A DNA stretch of 40,476 nt from a virus (IMGVR_UViG_3300016471_000324:1-40476); one strand, 5' to 3'. Counted from the stretch's first letter, positions 16,994 to 25,998 are shown. The notes: a model not told the origin generated them from the sequence alone. Translations and numbers: made by a program.

Positions 16994-19180
16994 CTACTTC
17001 ACGTAGCGAACGTCCTCCCATGCGCCGACCGCCGTTGGCATGTCGGGGCACCACGGATCGGGCTCGGCCATAATCCGCTGGTATTCCTGCCACGAGCCGA
17101 ACCACTGATCGACCTCGCTCACGTTCTCGTCGTGGACGGTGAGCACCAGCGGGTAGCCCGCCGCTTCGAGCCGGAACATGGAGGCGACGAGCTTGTCGCG
17201 GGCGAGGCCCTGCACGACGTTGTTGAACTGAAGGCCGCCGTAGAGGCTCTGCGTCGTCCACCGCTTCGTGTAGCTGTCGACGCCCTCGTATTGCACCTGC
17301 ATCTTCACTCGGCCCGCGTCGTCTTCGGTGCGGACAAGGCGCGGCATGGCGTAGCAGATCACCCGCCCGCTCGGCAGGCGGCAGTAGAGGAAGCCGTTGG
17401 CGGCCAGGTAGGTGACGCGGCCGTGCAGGCAGGGCACCTTCAGGCCCGGTGTGCCGACCGCAGCAATGGCCGCATCCTGCAAATCCCACCACGCCTGCAC
17501 GATGTTCGGGTGCGCGGCGCGCCAAGCGTTGACGACGCACTTCACGCCGGTCCACGTCTCCTGATCGAGCCCGCGCGAATCGCGATCCGAATAGGTCGAG
17601 GCGACGCGATACCACTCTTCGGGATCGACGGCCGTGCGCGCGACGTCTGCCACCTGCTGCGGCTTGATCCCGTAGCCTGCGGCCATGGTGATGTAGGCCC
17701 CGACGCTGCCTTGGTAGCCGAGCGCGAGTTCCTGCACCTTGCCGATCTGGCGCTCTGCCTTCGTCACCTGCTCGACGTCGACGCCGAACGACCGGGCGTA
17801 GGACAGCTTGTAGAGATCGTGCCCCTCGCCGCGATCATAGGCGCGGAAGGCTTCGAGCTTCCACTTCTCGTCGGCGATCCACGCCGCGCCGCGGCCCTCG
17901 ATATTGCTGAAGTCGCCCGAGACGAACTTCTTCCCCGGCGCGGCCACGAGCATCGCCCTCATGCACTTGGCGACTGCTTCAAGCGGAGGGCCTACCAGCA
18001 TCTCGATCGCGTCGGCGAGTTCCTTGGCGACCTTGCCGGTGCCGAACATGTCGAGGATCATGAGAATGTCGGGCAGTTCCTCTGCGTCGAATCGGAGGAA
18101 GTTCTGCGGCTGGATAATTCGGCCGGCCCATCGCCCGGTGGCCGCACCGTGATAGGCGAGCGTTCCGCGCACGCGGCCGTCAGCCCCGACGCTGTTGAGC
18201 ATCGCTTTGAACTTGGCGGTCGACGTCTTGGCCGCCGCGCGCCGGAGCCGGATAACCTCTTCGGCCGTCTCGTCGCCCATGATCGACGACATGAGCACGA
18301 TCTCTTCGACCTCGCCCTTGGCGACGCTCTCACAGGGGATACCGCGGGCGTTGAGCCATTTGACGATCTTCGCCGCCTCGGAGCACTTCTTCACTTCGCC
18401 ATCGGTGAGCCACCACATGCGATCGTCGGCGCGCTTCAGCGCTTCGGTGACGACGGCCAGGGCGACTTCGACAGAGGGCACGTCGATCATCACGCCGCGG
18501 TCGTTGATCCGCTGATCGAGTTCCCACACGCGGCGCTCTTCCGGCGAGAGCTGCGGGATCGAGGCGTCGACGCCCGTCTCCGTCTCGACGTCCTGATCGC
18601 AGTAGGCTTGCAGGCGCTCGATCCGCTCTTCGTCATCCCACCATACCGGCACGGTGCCCGTGACGGTCCTGATCTGCCCTGTGCCGCCGCACACCTTGCA
18701 GGCGGGGCCGGAGCACGGCGAGCAACGGTGCGTCGTGTAGACCTCGCCCATGCGGCGCGGCTTGCACATGCGCATCATGAGGGCGTGGCCGTCCTTGTCC
18801 TTCTGGATCGGGGTGCGCAGCGCCTTGCCGAGTTGGTCGAGGCTGGCGGGCAGGCCGAGCGCGAGCCCCCGCGCCATGGTGCAATCCTGCTGCTCGATCT
18901 GGAGGCGCGGCCAGTGCTTCGGCACCTTGGCGTTCCAGATCGGGCGCTCGAAGCCCGCGTTGTGCGCGACGACGCGGCCGCCCTGCTCGACGTGGGCCAG
19001 AAGTTCGTAAGGGTCTTCGTCGCCCGGCCGCCAGCGCTGCACGGGGCCTGTGTTTCCGATGCGCCACGACATGCAGATGATCCCCGTGTCGGGGCTCTCG
19101 GCGTAGCGATAGACACCGGCCTTCTTGAGATCCACGGTGGAGCGCGTCTCGAAGTCGATATGCGCCGAGACGTCGCCCAT
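16994..19180 (-). CDS. polA: Family A DNA polymerase with 3'-5' exonuclease
   Basis: DFET, AHNAGFE and YCDQDV exonuclease motifs; TGRW; motif A DFSNIEGR; motif B RQIGKVQELALGY; motif C TVHDE. Confidence 0.95.
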   Translation of the reverse strand: MGDVSAHIDFETRSTVDLKKAGVYRYAESPDTGIICMSWRIGNTGPVQRWRPGDEDPYELLAHVEQGGRVVAHNAGFERPIWNAKVPKHWPRLQIEQQDCTMARGLALGLPASLDQLGKALRTPIQKDKDGHALMMRMCKPRRMGEVYTTHRCSPCSGPACKVCGGTGQIRTVTGTVPVWWDDEERIERLQAYCDQDVETETGVDASIPQLSPEERRVWELDQRINDRGVMIDVPSVEVALAVVTEALKRADDRMWWLTDGEVKKCSEAAKIVKWLNARGIPCESVAKGEVEEIVLMSSIMGDETAEEVIRLRRAAAKTSTAKFKAMLNSVGADGRVRGTLAYHGAATGRWAGRIIQPQNFLRFDAEELPDILMILDMFGTGKVAKELADAIEMLVGPPLEAVAKCMRAMLVAAPGKKFVSGDFSNIEGRGAAWIADEKWKLEAFRAYDRGEGHDLYKLSYARSFGVDVEQVTKAERQIGKVQELALGYQGSVGAYITMAAGYGIKPQQVADVARTAVDPEEWYRVASTYSDRDSRGLDQETWTGVKCVVNAWRAAHPNIVQAWWDLQDAAIAAVGTPGLKVPCLHGRVTYLAANGFLYCRLPSGRVICYAMPRLVRTEDDAGRVKMQVQYEGVDSYTKRWTTQSLYGGLQFNNVVQGLARDKLVASMFRLEAAGYPLVLTVHDENVSEVDQWFGSWQEYQRIMAEPDPWCPDMPTAVGAWEDVRYVK

Positions 19181-19599
19181 CAGCTACACCCCGGCGCGGG
19201 CTCGTCGACGCCCCACCGCTTGCCGCAGCGAGGGCAGAAAATCTCGTCCTGCTGGCGCTCGATGTTGCCGTGCTGATACATGAGGTCTTCGAGCGGAAGC
19301 TGCGGCGCGGTCGTGTCGACGCAACGGTCCTCGGCCAGCTTCGCGTAGCCTTGAATGTCGTGCCAGTTGTCGGTGCAGTTCGGATCGCCCGAGAGGATGC
19401 GCGCGATCTTGTCGGCGATCACCGTGAGCGCCTGCTTCTGCACGGCCGAAAGGCGGTGCCAGCCGATCATGCGCGCGCCGGTCGCATCGCGCGTCTCGGC
19501 GGTGTGCATCACTGTCTGAAGTTCCTGCGCGATAAGCGCATGATCGCTGAAGTCGCCGTAGCGCGCGCCGCGCTCGGCCGGTGTGTTCTCAAGCCCCAT
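19180..19599 (-). CDS. DUF6378-like protein with C-terminal zinc ribbon
   Basis: ERGARYGDF...KIARILSGDP...DNWHDIQGYAKL; CPRC near C-terminus; AACGGAGA RBS before ATG 19599. Confidence 0.7.
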   Translation of the reverse strand: MGLENTPAERGARYGDFSDHALIAQELQTVMHTAETRDATGARMIGWHRLSAVQKQALTVIADKIARILSGDPNCTDNWHDIQGYAKLAEDRCVDTTAPQLPLEDLMYQHGNIERQQDEIFCPRCGKRWGVDEPAPGCS

Positions 19600-19681
19600 A
19601 TCGGTTCTCCGTTGGTTTTCTGCCGCAGCGGCGCGCTGCGCCTGCCAAAACCGCTTCGCTTCCGCGCCGCCGGGCACCATG

Positions 19682-20347
19682 TCAGAACAGGCTTGCCGGG
19701 TTAACGGCCGCAGCCTGCGCGCTGGTGTCGATCGCGACGCCCGCGAAGTCGGCAGCGGGATTGCTGCCGCCACCGCCGAAGGTGCGATCCTTGGCGATCA
19801 TCATGAGGCCGTTGAGGCCGAAGCTGACGCCCTTCTTGAGCCCGCTGTCGAAGACGAACGGGCGCAGCACCATGAGATACCAGTAGCCGCTCTGCGCTTC
19901 GTCTTGGCTGGTGATCGGCGCGCCACGGCTGTCGACGATATAAGGCTGACGCTGATCGGCCACGCCGACGATGAAGACGCCGCCGGGGGTGTAGCCCTCG
20001 ATGTTCGCCTTGTCGGCCTGCTGGCGGAACGGCGTGTGCAGCGACGGCCCGCCGGCCTGGCCTGCTTGCGGCCACTTCGACAGCGCGGCTTCCGTGGCCG
20101 CCGCCTTCAACACCGAAATGTCGGCAGCGGGCGGGAAGAGCGCGGTCGCGGTGAACTTGCCCTGCGTCGCGGGCGGCACGGGCTTGGAGCGGGAGAAGAT
20201 ATTGAGGAAGCTGCCGCGCACCGGGCCGGTGCGGTAGTTGCCGTTCGGCTGGCCGTTGGCGTCGACGATCTTCTGGCACGGGAACTTCGCCCACATTTCT
20301 TCGACCCACTTCGGGTCCATGTCGGAGGCGTTCATCACATAGGTCAT
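19682..20347 (-). CDS. Single-stranded DNA-binding protein (DUF2815 / T7 gp2.5-like)
   Basis: VRGSFLNIF, GKFTATALFP, QSGYW, GVSFGLNGLMM...FGGG; between DUF2800 and polA genes. Confidence 0.8.
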   Translation of the reverse strand: MTYVMNASDMDPKWVEEMWAKFPCQKIVDANGQPNGNYRTGPVRGSFLNIFSRSKPVPPATQGKFTATALFPPAADISVLKAAATEAALSKWPQAGQAGGPSLHTPFRQQADKANIEGYTPGGVFIVGVADQRQPYIVDSRGAPITSQDEAQSGYWYLMVLRPFVFDSGLKKGVSFGLNGLMMIAKDRTFGGGGSNPAADFAGVAIDTSAQAAAVNPASLF

Positions 20348-20377
20348 AACTCGGTTCCTTTCTGTCTCGGTTCTCGG

Positions 20378-21706
20378 TTAGCCGTTGATATTTACGCCCG
20401 CAAAGTCTGCGGCCGCACCAGCGGGCACGGCATCCCGCTTGTCCGTGTCGGGCACCATCGTGAGGCCCGAGCTATCCTTCAGGGTGAAGCGCAGCGACAG
20501 ATCGTCGAGGGCGGCCTTGCGCCCCGCCTTGTCGGTGATCTTCGCCTTCACCAGCCGCTCCGCCCCGGTGATCGTCACCAGCTTGCGCGGGAAAATGTCG
20601 TCGGCTTCGACGCCGTAGACCATCTCGACGTAGGCGGCGATATCACCCTCCGCGTCGATCCACTTGCGGCGGCCCTGCTTGTCGACGAGCTTGTAGCCGG
20701 GGATCGCGACGCCTTGCACGAGGCAGTTGTAGGCGAAGTCGCGAACCTGATTGGCCCATGCGGTGAGCACGTCGAGCCCTTGCAGCAGCGCGGCGATGCG
20801 CGCGGTGTCCATGTCCTTCGGCTCCGGCAGGGCTTTCGGGCTGATCCCCGCGACGTCGTGGAAGTCAAGGCCGATGGAAGTGATAACTTCCTGCTGCTTG
20901 ACCGGGCACACGGCGGCCGCATCGCACCAGCGGCAATGCTCACCTGCCGCGTAAGGTTTCCACTCTGCGCCGCTTTCGTCGACCAGCGTGTCAGTCGTTT
21001 TGGCGGGTAGAAGCTCGATATCCTTCGCCCGCGCCACCGCCTGCTCGACCGTGCCAACGAACTCGATTAGCTCGAAGGTATCCATCGGCCAGGGCTTGAC
21101 GCCCGGCACGTCATACTGATCGGCGTCGCGGGCGCGCGGCTGCACGATCACAAGCTCCAGTTCGGCGATGCTCCATTCGGGGTGCGACAGAGCGGCCCCG
21201 GCCGCATAGAACTTCAACTGCGGGCTATCCTCGACCGACACGCTGACGCCCGCGCCGTGCTTGTAGTCGAAGACGACGAGGCGGCCGAGCGAGGGGTGGT
21301 AGACCAGCGCGTCGTTCGCGCCGAACACCTCGCCCTCTTCGGCCGTCGAGATCGGCAGGGTGAAGCGTTCCTCGATCAGCAGCACCGGATCGGGGCTGCG
21401 GTTCATCTCTTCCTGCACCGCGTCGAGGTAGACCTGCACGGCCGCCGCCATCTCGGTCGTGACGGCCTTGCGGCTGGCGAGCTTCGGGCTCCACACCTCG
21501 TCGCCGATCTTCTGGCTGGCGTCGAAGATGCGCTGCGACAGGCACTCTTCGGCCAGGGCGTGCGCGAAGGTGCCCTCGTCGGCGTAGGCGGAGGAACGGC
21601 GCTCGGGCACGCTCTTGACGAGCGCGACAGAGCCGGGGCATTTTATCACTCTTCCTATGACGCTACCGCCGAAATCCGAGTGTGCTTTCGTTGCATGTTC
21701 AGACAT
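20378..21706 (-). CDS. DUF2800 Cas4-like PD-(D/E)xK exonuclease
   Basis: CPGS, EGTFAH, FGAND, VFDYKHGAG, QLKFYA, IVQPR, HCRWC...CP; RBS before ATG 21706. Confidence 0.85.
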   Translation of the reverse strand: MSEHATKAHSDFGGSVIGRVIKCPGSVALVKSVPERRSSAYADEGTFAHALAEECLSQRIFDASQKIGDEVWSPKLASRKAVTTEMAAAVQVYLDAVQEEMNRSPDPVLLIEERFTLPISTAEEGEVFGANDALVYHPSLGRLVVFDYKHGAGVSVSVEDSPQLKFYAAGAALSHPEWSIAELELVIVQPRARDADQYDVPGVKPWPMDTFELIEFVGTVEQAVARAKDIELLPAKTTDTLVDESGAEWKPYAAGEHCRWCDAAAVCPVKQQEVITSIGLDFHDVAGISPKALPEPKDMDTARIAALLQGLDVLTAWANQVRDFAYNCLVQGVAIPGYKLVDKQGRRKWIDAEGDIAAYVEMVYGVEADDIFPRKLVTITGAERLVKAKITDKAGRKAALDDLSLRFTLKDSSGLTMVPDTDKRDAVPAGAAADFAGVNING

Positions 21707-21802
21707 TGAGGTTTCTCCGTTCGTTCGGGTGAGAGGCGATCTCTCCGGGAAGGTTAATATGCGCCGCCGAAGCATTGCACCCACGACCGCCTCTCGCCAG
21801 AA

Positions 21803-21822
21803 CGCCGGGCCGAAGCCCGGCG
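21803..21822 (-). terminator. GC hairpin with cUUCGg tetraloop (terminator or stability hairpin)
   Basis: Minus strand CGCCGGGC-TTCG-GCCCGGCG right after stop of 21828..22409; weak U tract. Confidence 0.45.
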
Positions 21823-21827
21823 CACGG

Positions 21828-22409
21828 TCAAGCGGCTTTCGCCGCCACGAGGGCGTCGAGGGTGCGGCGCATGATCGTCGGATCGTCCTTCGCCTTTTCG
21901 ACGACGTTAGGCGAGCCGCTGGTGAGACTCTTGCAGCCAGTCGCGGCTTCGAGCGTCTGCATGGCGAACGACGCGCTCTTGGCCTTCAGCAGATCGGCCA
22001 TGGCGTCCTTCAACTGCTGGATCGTCACCTCGCCCGCGTCAGCCGCAGCCTGATCGGCCGGGCTGGTGGCCGCCGGGGTGGCCGTGGTGGCAAAGGGATC
22101 GACCGCAGCGTCAGAAGGGGGTGCAGCGGTCGTCGCAGTGGGGCCATTGTCGGACGTCTGGCCGCCATTGTCCTGCGTAGTAGCCGGGGTAGACGACGCT
22201 GCCGTGGCCGCGCTCGCATCGTCGCTCTTCGGCTTCCGGCTCCGGGCGTTTCCCTTGGGGGCCGCTTCGGTCGCAACGACCGCCTCGACGGCGGCGGGGG
22301 TGTGTGCGATCTCGGGCATGATGGCCGTCGACGGGGTGCGCACGAAACGCGCGAGTAGAGTGTCGAACTCCTGCACGTTGTCGGCGCTGATCGTGAGGTT
22401 GATAGGCAT
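21828..22409 (-). CDS. Hypothetical replication-module protein with disordered Ala/Thr/Pro linker
   Basis: 193 aa; AGGAG RBS; C-terminal helical domain (TIQQLKDAM...GCKSL); upstream of DUF2800 gene. Confidence 0.7.
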   Translation of the reverse strand: MPINLTISADNVQEFDTLLARFVRTPSTAIMPEIAHTPAAVEAVVATEAAPKGNARSRKPKSDDASAATAASSTPATTQDNGGQTSDNGPTATTAAPPSDAAVDPFATTATPAATSPADQAAADAGEVTIQQLKDAMADLLKAKSASFAMQTLEAATGCKSLTSGSPNVVEKAKDDPTIMRRTLDALVAAKAA

Positions 22410-22431
22410 TTCGGTGTATCTCCTGTTCAAG

Positions 22432-22469
22432 AGGACTAACGTGTTATGCGCGGCGCTTGCGCTTGTCAA
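22432..22469 (-). promoter_or_regulatory. Promoter with TAACACGTTA palindrome
   Basis: TTGACA at 22469-22464; GCATAACACGTTAGTCCT matches 27634-27651 at 17/18 positions. Confidence 0.6.
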
Positions 22470-22980
22470 TAGCGCCGTTGAGCAGATCGGTCATCTCCCG
22501 TGCAATGCGCTCGGCGAGATAGCGAACGTCGCGCTCCGTCCACCGATGATCTTCGGCCAGGGCGTAGCCGACAGGCTCCGCGTATCGGTTCTCCAGTTCG
22601 ATCCGAACCATCGGCCGGAACTCGTCGCGCGAGAGGTGCAAGCGCCAGATCAGCGCCTCGATAATCGTCACGACGGACGTCATGGGCACCGGGGCGCTGC
22701 GCGGCACGATCCTCATGAGATCGACAGGGGAGAGCCGGAGCCGGCCGCCGAACGATCGCACGTCTTCGACCGCCATGCGCCGCACCTGCTCGTTGAAGGC
22801 GCTATCCGGCCCCATAAGCTGCGCGACGTCTTCGGCCCAACGGTGCAGACGCGAACGAAGCTCGTCGGCTTCGAGCTTCCGTTCCCTGCTGCGGTTCAAT
22901 GCCTCCGAAAGCATCTCGTTTTTGGTGGCGATCTCTTCGCGCATCCTGCGGCGCTGATTGCGCCCGAATCTCTTGCTCAT
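22444..22980 (-). CDS. Hypothetical protein (178 aa)
   Basis: ATGA overlap with helicase stop; MSKRFGRNQRR start; RBS present. Confidence 0.7.
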   Translation of the reverse strand: MSKRFGRNQRRRMREEIATKNEMLSEALNRSRERKLEADELRSRLHRWAEDVAQLMGPDSAFNEQVRRMAVEDVRSFGGRLRLSPVDLMRIVPRSAPVPMTSVVTIIEALIWRLHLSRDEFRPMVRIELENRYAEPVGYALAEDHRWTERDVRYLAERIAREMTDLLNGAIDKRKRRA

Positions 22981-24449
22981 GCTGCTTCTCCGTAGTTTTC
23001 GATCGAGGCGATAGCGGCCGTCTTGCGCGCCACGGTGTCGCTCACGATTTCGTCGATCGAACCGGCGAGGCTGATGAAGCGGGCGCGGACGTTCTTCGCC
23101 TGGCCGATGCGGTGCACCCGCATGAGGGCCTGCGCATTGTCGGCCGGAGCCCAACTGCTCTCGAACATGTCGAGATCGCTGGCGGCGGTGAGCGTGAGCC
23201 CCGTTCCGGCGGCGCGGATATTGCCGACGAAGACGCGGTGATCGGGGTCGTTCTGGAACGACTGCACCGCGGCCACCCGGTCAAGCTCTTTGGTCTTGCC
23301 GTCGACGAGCGTCGCGTGCAGTCCCTCGCTGGCAAGATAGCTGGTGATGATCTCGGCCGCCTTGGTGTGCCATGTGAAGACGACGAGCTTGTCGCGACCG
23401 TTGTGCAGTTCCTCCGCGATCAGCTTCGAGTAGGCCGGAGCCTTGGCCTCGCCGACGAGACGGCGCAGCGTCGCAATGTGCTGCGCGTCGAGGAACGATA
23501 GGCCGCCCTGCTCGATCGCGTCGAGGATCGCCTGCTCCAAGCCCGGCCATTCCTTCAGCATGGCGACGATCTCGCGCGTATCGCCGTCCACGGTCGTCGT
23601 CGTGAGGTGGATCGGGGGTAGCTGGAGCCCGGCCTGCGCCTTGGTGCGCTTCAGCCGGAAGGCGTCGAGGGCCATCTTCAGTTCGGGGATCATCTCGTCG
23701 CGGGGCGTCTGCTTGGCGCTGAAGGTGCCCATGCGGCTCTTGAAGTAACGGGCGGTGAAGGGGCCGAGCCCGAGCGTCGTGCCGCCGACGAAGCGGAGCC
23801 ACGGCCACACGTCGACAGGATCGTTCGGCATGGGGGTGCCCGTCGCGAAGAAAACGCGGGCCGCCCACCGCGCCAGCCCGTTCGCGCCGTCGCATTGCGT
23901 GCCGAGGATGGCTCTCGTTCGCTGCGAGGTAGGCGTCTTGAGGTAGTGGGCTTCGTCGAGCACAAGCACGTCGAACAAATCGCCGTGGCGCTCGATCTCG
24001 GGTGCCCATTTGGCCGCAAGCTCGTAGCTCACCAGCATTACGTCCGCTCGACCTTTCAGCCATGTGCCGAGATCGTGGATATTCTTCGCCTTCAGTATTT
24101 TGCGCGGGATACGGGCGAATTTGCGAAACTCGCCTGCCCACACTTCGCGCACGGCGGCGGGGCATACGACTATCACCCGAAACGCCCCGCAACGGTCGAG
24201 CGCGCCGATTATCTGCGCGGTTTTCCCGATTCCCATTTCGTCGTGCAGCGCCGCTCGATCCCGGTTCGCCAGAAACTCCGCGCCTTGGACCTGATAAGGG
24301 AATAGCTCTAAAGGCATTTTGCACCTTTGCGTCGGTTGTCTGCCCGCCATAGCGGTTGAATGTTGGTGTAGTGACACGCCTGCGCGGTCGCGATTGGCGA
24401 GGAAGTCTGCGCCCTGCACCTGATAGGGCATGAGGTTGAGGGGTGTCAC
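22977..24449 (-). CDS. SNF2/SF2 helicase with duplicated N-terminus
   Basis: PYQ, DEMGIGKT, DEAH, TGTP, GTGLTL and QALMRVHRIGQ motifs; GTG 24449 coupled to MTase stop; second in-frame ATG at 24317. Confidence 0.9.
   Translation of the reverse strand: MTPLNLMPYQVQGADFLANRDRAGVSLHQHSTAMAGRQPTQRCKMPLELFPYQVQGAEFLANRDRAALHDEMGIGKTAQIIGALDRCGAFRVIVVCPAAVREVWAGEFRKFARIPRKILKAKNIHDLGTWLKGRADVMLVSYELAAKWAPEIERHGDLFDVLVLDEAHYLKTPTSQRTRAILGTQCDGANGLARWAARVFFATGTPMPNDPVDVWPWLRFVGGTTLGLGPFTARYFKSRMGTFSAKQTPRDEMIPELKMALDAFRLKRTKAQAGLQLPPIHLTTTTVDGDTREIVAMLKEWPGLEQAILDAIEQGGLSFLDAQHIATLRRLVGEAKAPAYSKLIAEELHNGRDKLVVFTWHTKAAEIITSYLASEGLHATLVDGKTKELDRVAAVQSFQNDPDHRVFVGNIRAAGTGLTLTAASDLDMFESSWAPADNAQALMRVHRIGQAKNVRARFISLAGSIDEIVSDTVARKTAAIASIENYGEAA
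24308..24382 (-). pseudogene. C-terminal remnant of an HNH homing endonuclease, out of frame inside helicase 5' end
   Basis: +1 frame reads QACHYTNIQPLWRADNRRKGAKCL-TAG, resembling the HYTNLQPLW..DN..KG end of HNH nucleases. Confidence 0.75.
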
Positions 24450-25366
24450 ACCAGCGTCTCCTTCAGCGCTTCGAGGAAGCCGGTCGCGACTTGCGCGTTG
24501 ACCGCATTTCCGTAGGCGCGCAGTCGTCCCACTCTTCCGGCAAGCCCATGAGCCAGCGGGAATGTGCCGGGTTCAACGGGCCTCCGGCTTGGCTCTCCGA
24601 CAGGGTTTCGGCACAGCAGCCAATCAGCGCCTCGCCAGTATCCGCTAACCGGCCCCGGACGCAGAACGGCCCCTCCATCTGCATTTCGAGCGCCAGCTTC
24701 CGTATCGCCACGAGGCCCGCCGAGTTCCCCGCCTCGTTGTTGCCGTTCTTCGCTGGCGCTAGGCTCGTCGGCGTCGGCCAGCCCGTCAAGGCTGCTGCTG
24801 CCGGTAGCCGATCCGGCCCCTGCGACGGGCCTCCGTTCGGGCCGTCCTGCGCGCAAGGGGTCGGCCACCCATGCAAGGTATAGGCGCTGACGGATATTGG
24901 GCGAGCCGAAGCCCGCAGAGCAGAGATCGAGCGCCCCGCCGGTGTAGCCCGCGCCTTCCATGTCAGCCGATACAACGTCGAGCCAAGCAAGTCCGTCTTT
25001 GCTCGCAACCTGCTCTCCAACCCACACAGGAAAGCCGCACTCGCGGATGAGGTGGTATTGCGCAGGCCATAGATGCCGCTCATCCTCAACCCCGCCTCGT
25101 CGGCCTGCCGCGCTGAAAGGCTGGCAGGGGCAGGAGCCGGTGGCGAGAGGGCGGTCGTCGGGCCATCCGGCGCGGCGGGCGGCGTAGCTCCAGACGCCGA
25201 TCCCGGCGAAGAAGTGGTGCTGTGTGTAGCCTCTAAGGTCATCGGGTGAAACGTCCCTAATATCGCGCTCGTCGACGTCGCCGGGCGCTATGTGTCCGAA
25301 AAGGATCAACCGGCGCAGCCACTCGGCGGCGAAGGGGTCGATCTCGTTGTAGTAGGCACCGCTCAC
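24446..25366 (-). CDS. DNA cytosine-C5 methyltransferase, alpha polypeptide (lacks motif IX)
   Basis: Motif [40 protein letters not shown]. Confidence 0.88.
   Translation of the reverse strand: MSGAYYNEIDPFAAEWLRRLILFGHIAPGDVDERDIRDVSPDDLRGYTQHHFFAGIGVWSYAARRAGWPDDRPLATGSCPCQPFSAAGRRGGVEDERHLWPAQYHLIRECGFPVWVGEQVASKDGLAWLDVVSADMEGAGYTGGALDLCSAGFGSPNIRQRLYLAWVADPLRAGRPERRPVAGAGSATGSSSLDGLADADEPSASEERQQRGGELGGPRGDTEAGARNADGGAVLRPGPVSGYWRGADWLLCRNPVGEPSRRPVEPGTFPLAHGLAGRVGRLRAYGNAVNAQVATGFLEALKETLV
24463..25242 (-). CDS. Nested +1-frame ORF: probable methyltransferase beta polypeptide (start uncertain)
   Basis: 259 open codons inside the MTase; two GWPTP repeats and [16 protein letters not shown], a motif IX-like segment. 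Confidence 0.7.
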   Translation of the reverse strand: MTLEATHSTTSSPGSASGATPPAAPDGPTTALSPPAPAPASLSARQADEAGLRMSGIYGLRNTTSSASAAFLCGLESRLRAKTDLLGSTLYRLTWKARATPAGRSISALRASARPISVSAYTLHGWPTPCAQDGPNGGPSQGPDRLPAAAALTGWPTPTSLAPAKNGNNEAGNSAGLVAIRKLALEMQMEGPFCVRGRLADTGEALIGCCAETLSESQAGGPLNPAHSRWLMGLPEEWDDCAPTEMRSTRKSRPASSKR

Positions 25367-25998
25367 CGGCTGGCCTCCTGCGAAGCCACGGCGCTAGCTG
25401 TGCGTGCGAGCTTGGCGGCCGCTTTCCGCTCCGCAGCCGCCTCGCGATTGCGCCGCGCCTGCTCGACGTCCTCCTGCTCTTCGGCGGTGCGGGTGCGGCG
25501 CACCCCACCTTTGATCCAGCGCTCGCCGTAGAGCGACAGCATGGCCGCCTCGGCCTTGCCGTCGTCCTTCTGCATCGGCCAGAGGTGCGCGAGCATCGGC
25601 AGCATCTCGGAAGCGCGGCCGCGCGCCGCCCGCTTGTCCTTCGGCACGCGAAGCTCGGCTTTCCAGAGCGCCGGAGGCACCGCCTCGATCGCGAGCCCTG
25701 CCGCCCTGGCCGCCATGCGCACGATCCCGTAGCCCATGCCGAAGTTGAACGCCGCAGGGGCGCTCTGGCCGGGGAGGCCCTGCACCTGTTCGATGAAGAG
25801 GTGCGTCGCACCCATCGCCGCGAAGGCTTGGAGGGTCGAGAGCACTTCGGCCTCGTCGATGATCGTGCGCTTGGCGCGGCCGCGGATTTCGCGCTTCTGC
25901 ACCGGCATGGGCACGATCTCGAAGCGGCCGGTCGACCAATCGTTGAAGCAGAAGGCACCCGTAATGCCCGGATCGCAGGAGAGGATCAAAGCCCCCAC
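25363..25998 (-). CDS. RuvC-like Holliday junction resolvase
   Basis: CDPGITGA, FIEQV, AFNFGMGYG, VPPALWK, DGKAEA. Confidence 0.82.
   Translation of the reverse strand: MGALILSCDPGITGAFCFNDWSTGRFEIVPMPVQKREIRGRAKRTIIDEAEVLSTLQAFAAMGATHLFIEQVQGLPGQSAPAAFNFGMGYGIVRMAARAAGLAIEAVPPALWKAELRVPKDKRAARGRASEMLPMLAHLWPMQKDDGKAEAAMLSLYGERWIKGGVRRTRTAEEQEDVEQARRNREAAAERKAAAKLARTASAVASQEASR

Noticed and set aside
19600-19680. In-frame 27-codon extension of the DUF6378 gene as another nuclease scar
   Set aside because: KRFW similarity to HNH starts is too short; the strong RBS favours ATG 19599
20378-21706. Cas4-like gene as sign of a CRISPR system
   Set aside because: No repeat-spacer array or other cas genes; DUF2800-SSB-PolA is a standard phage replication module
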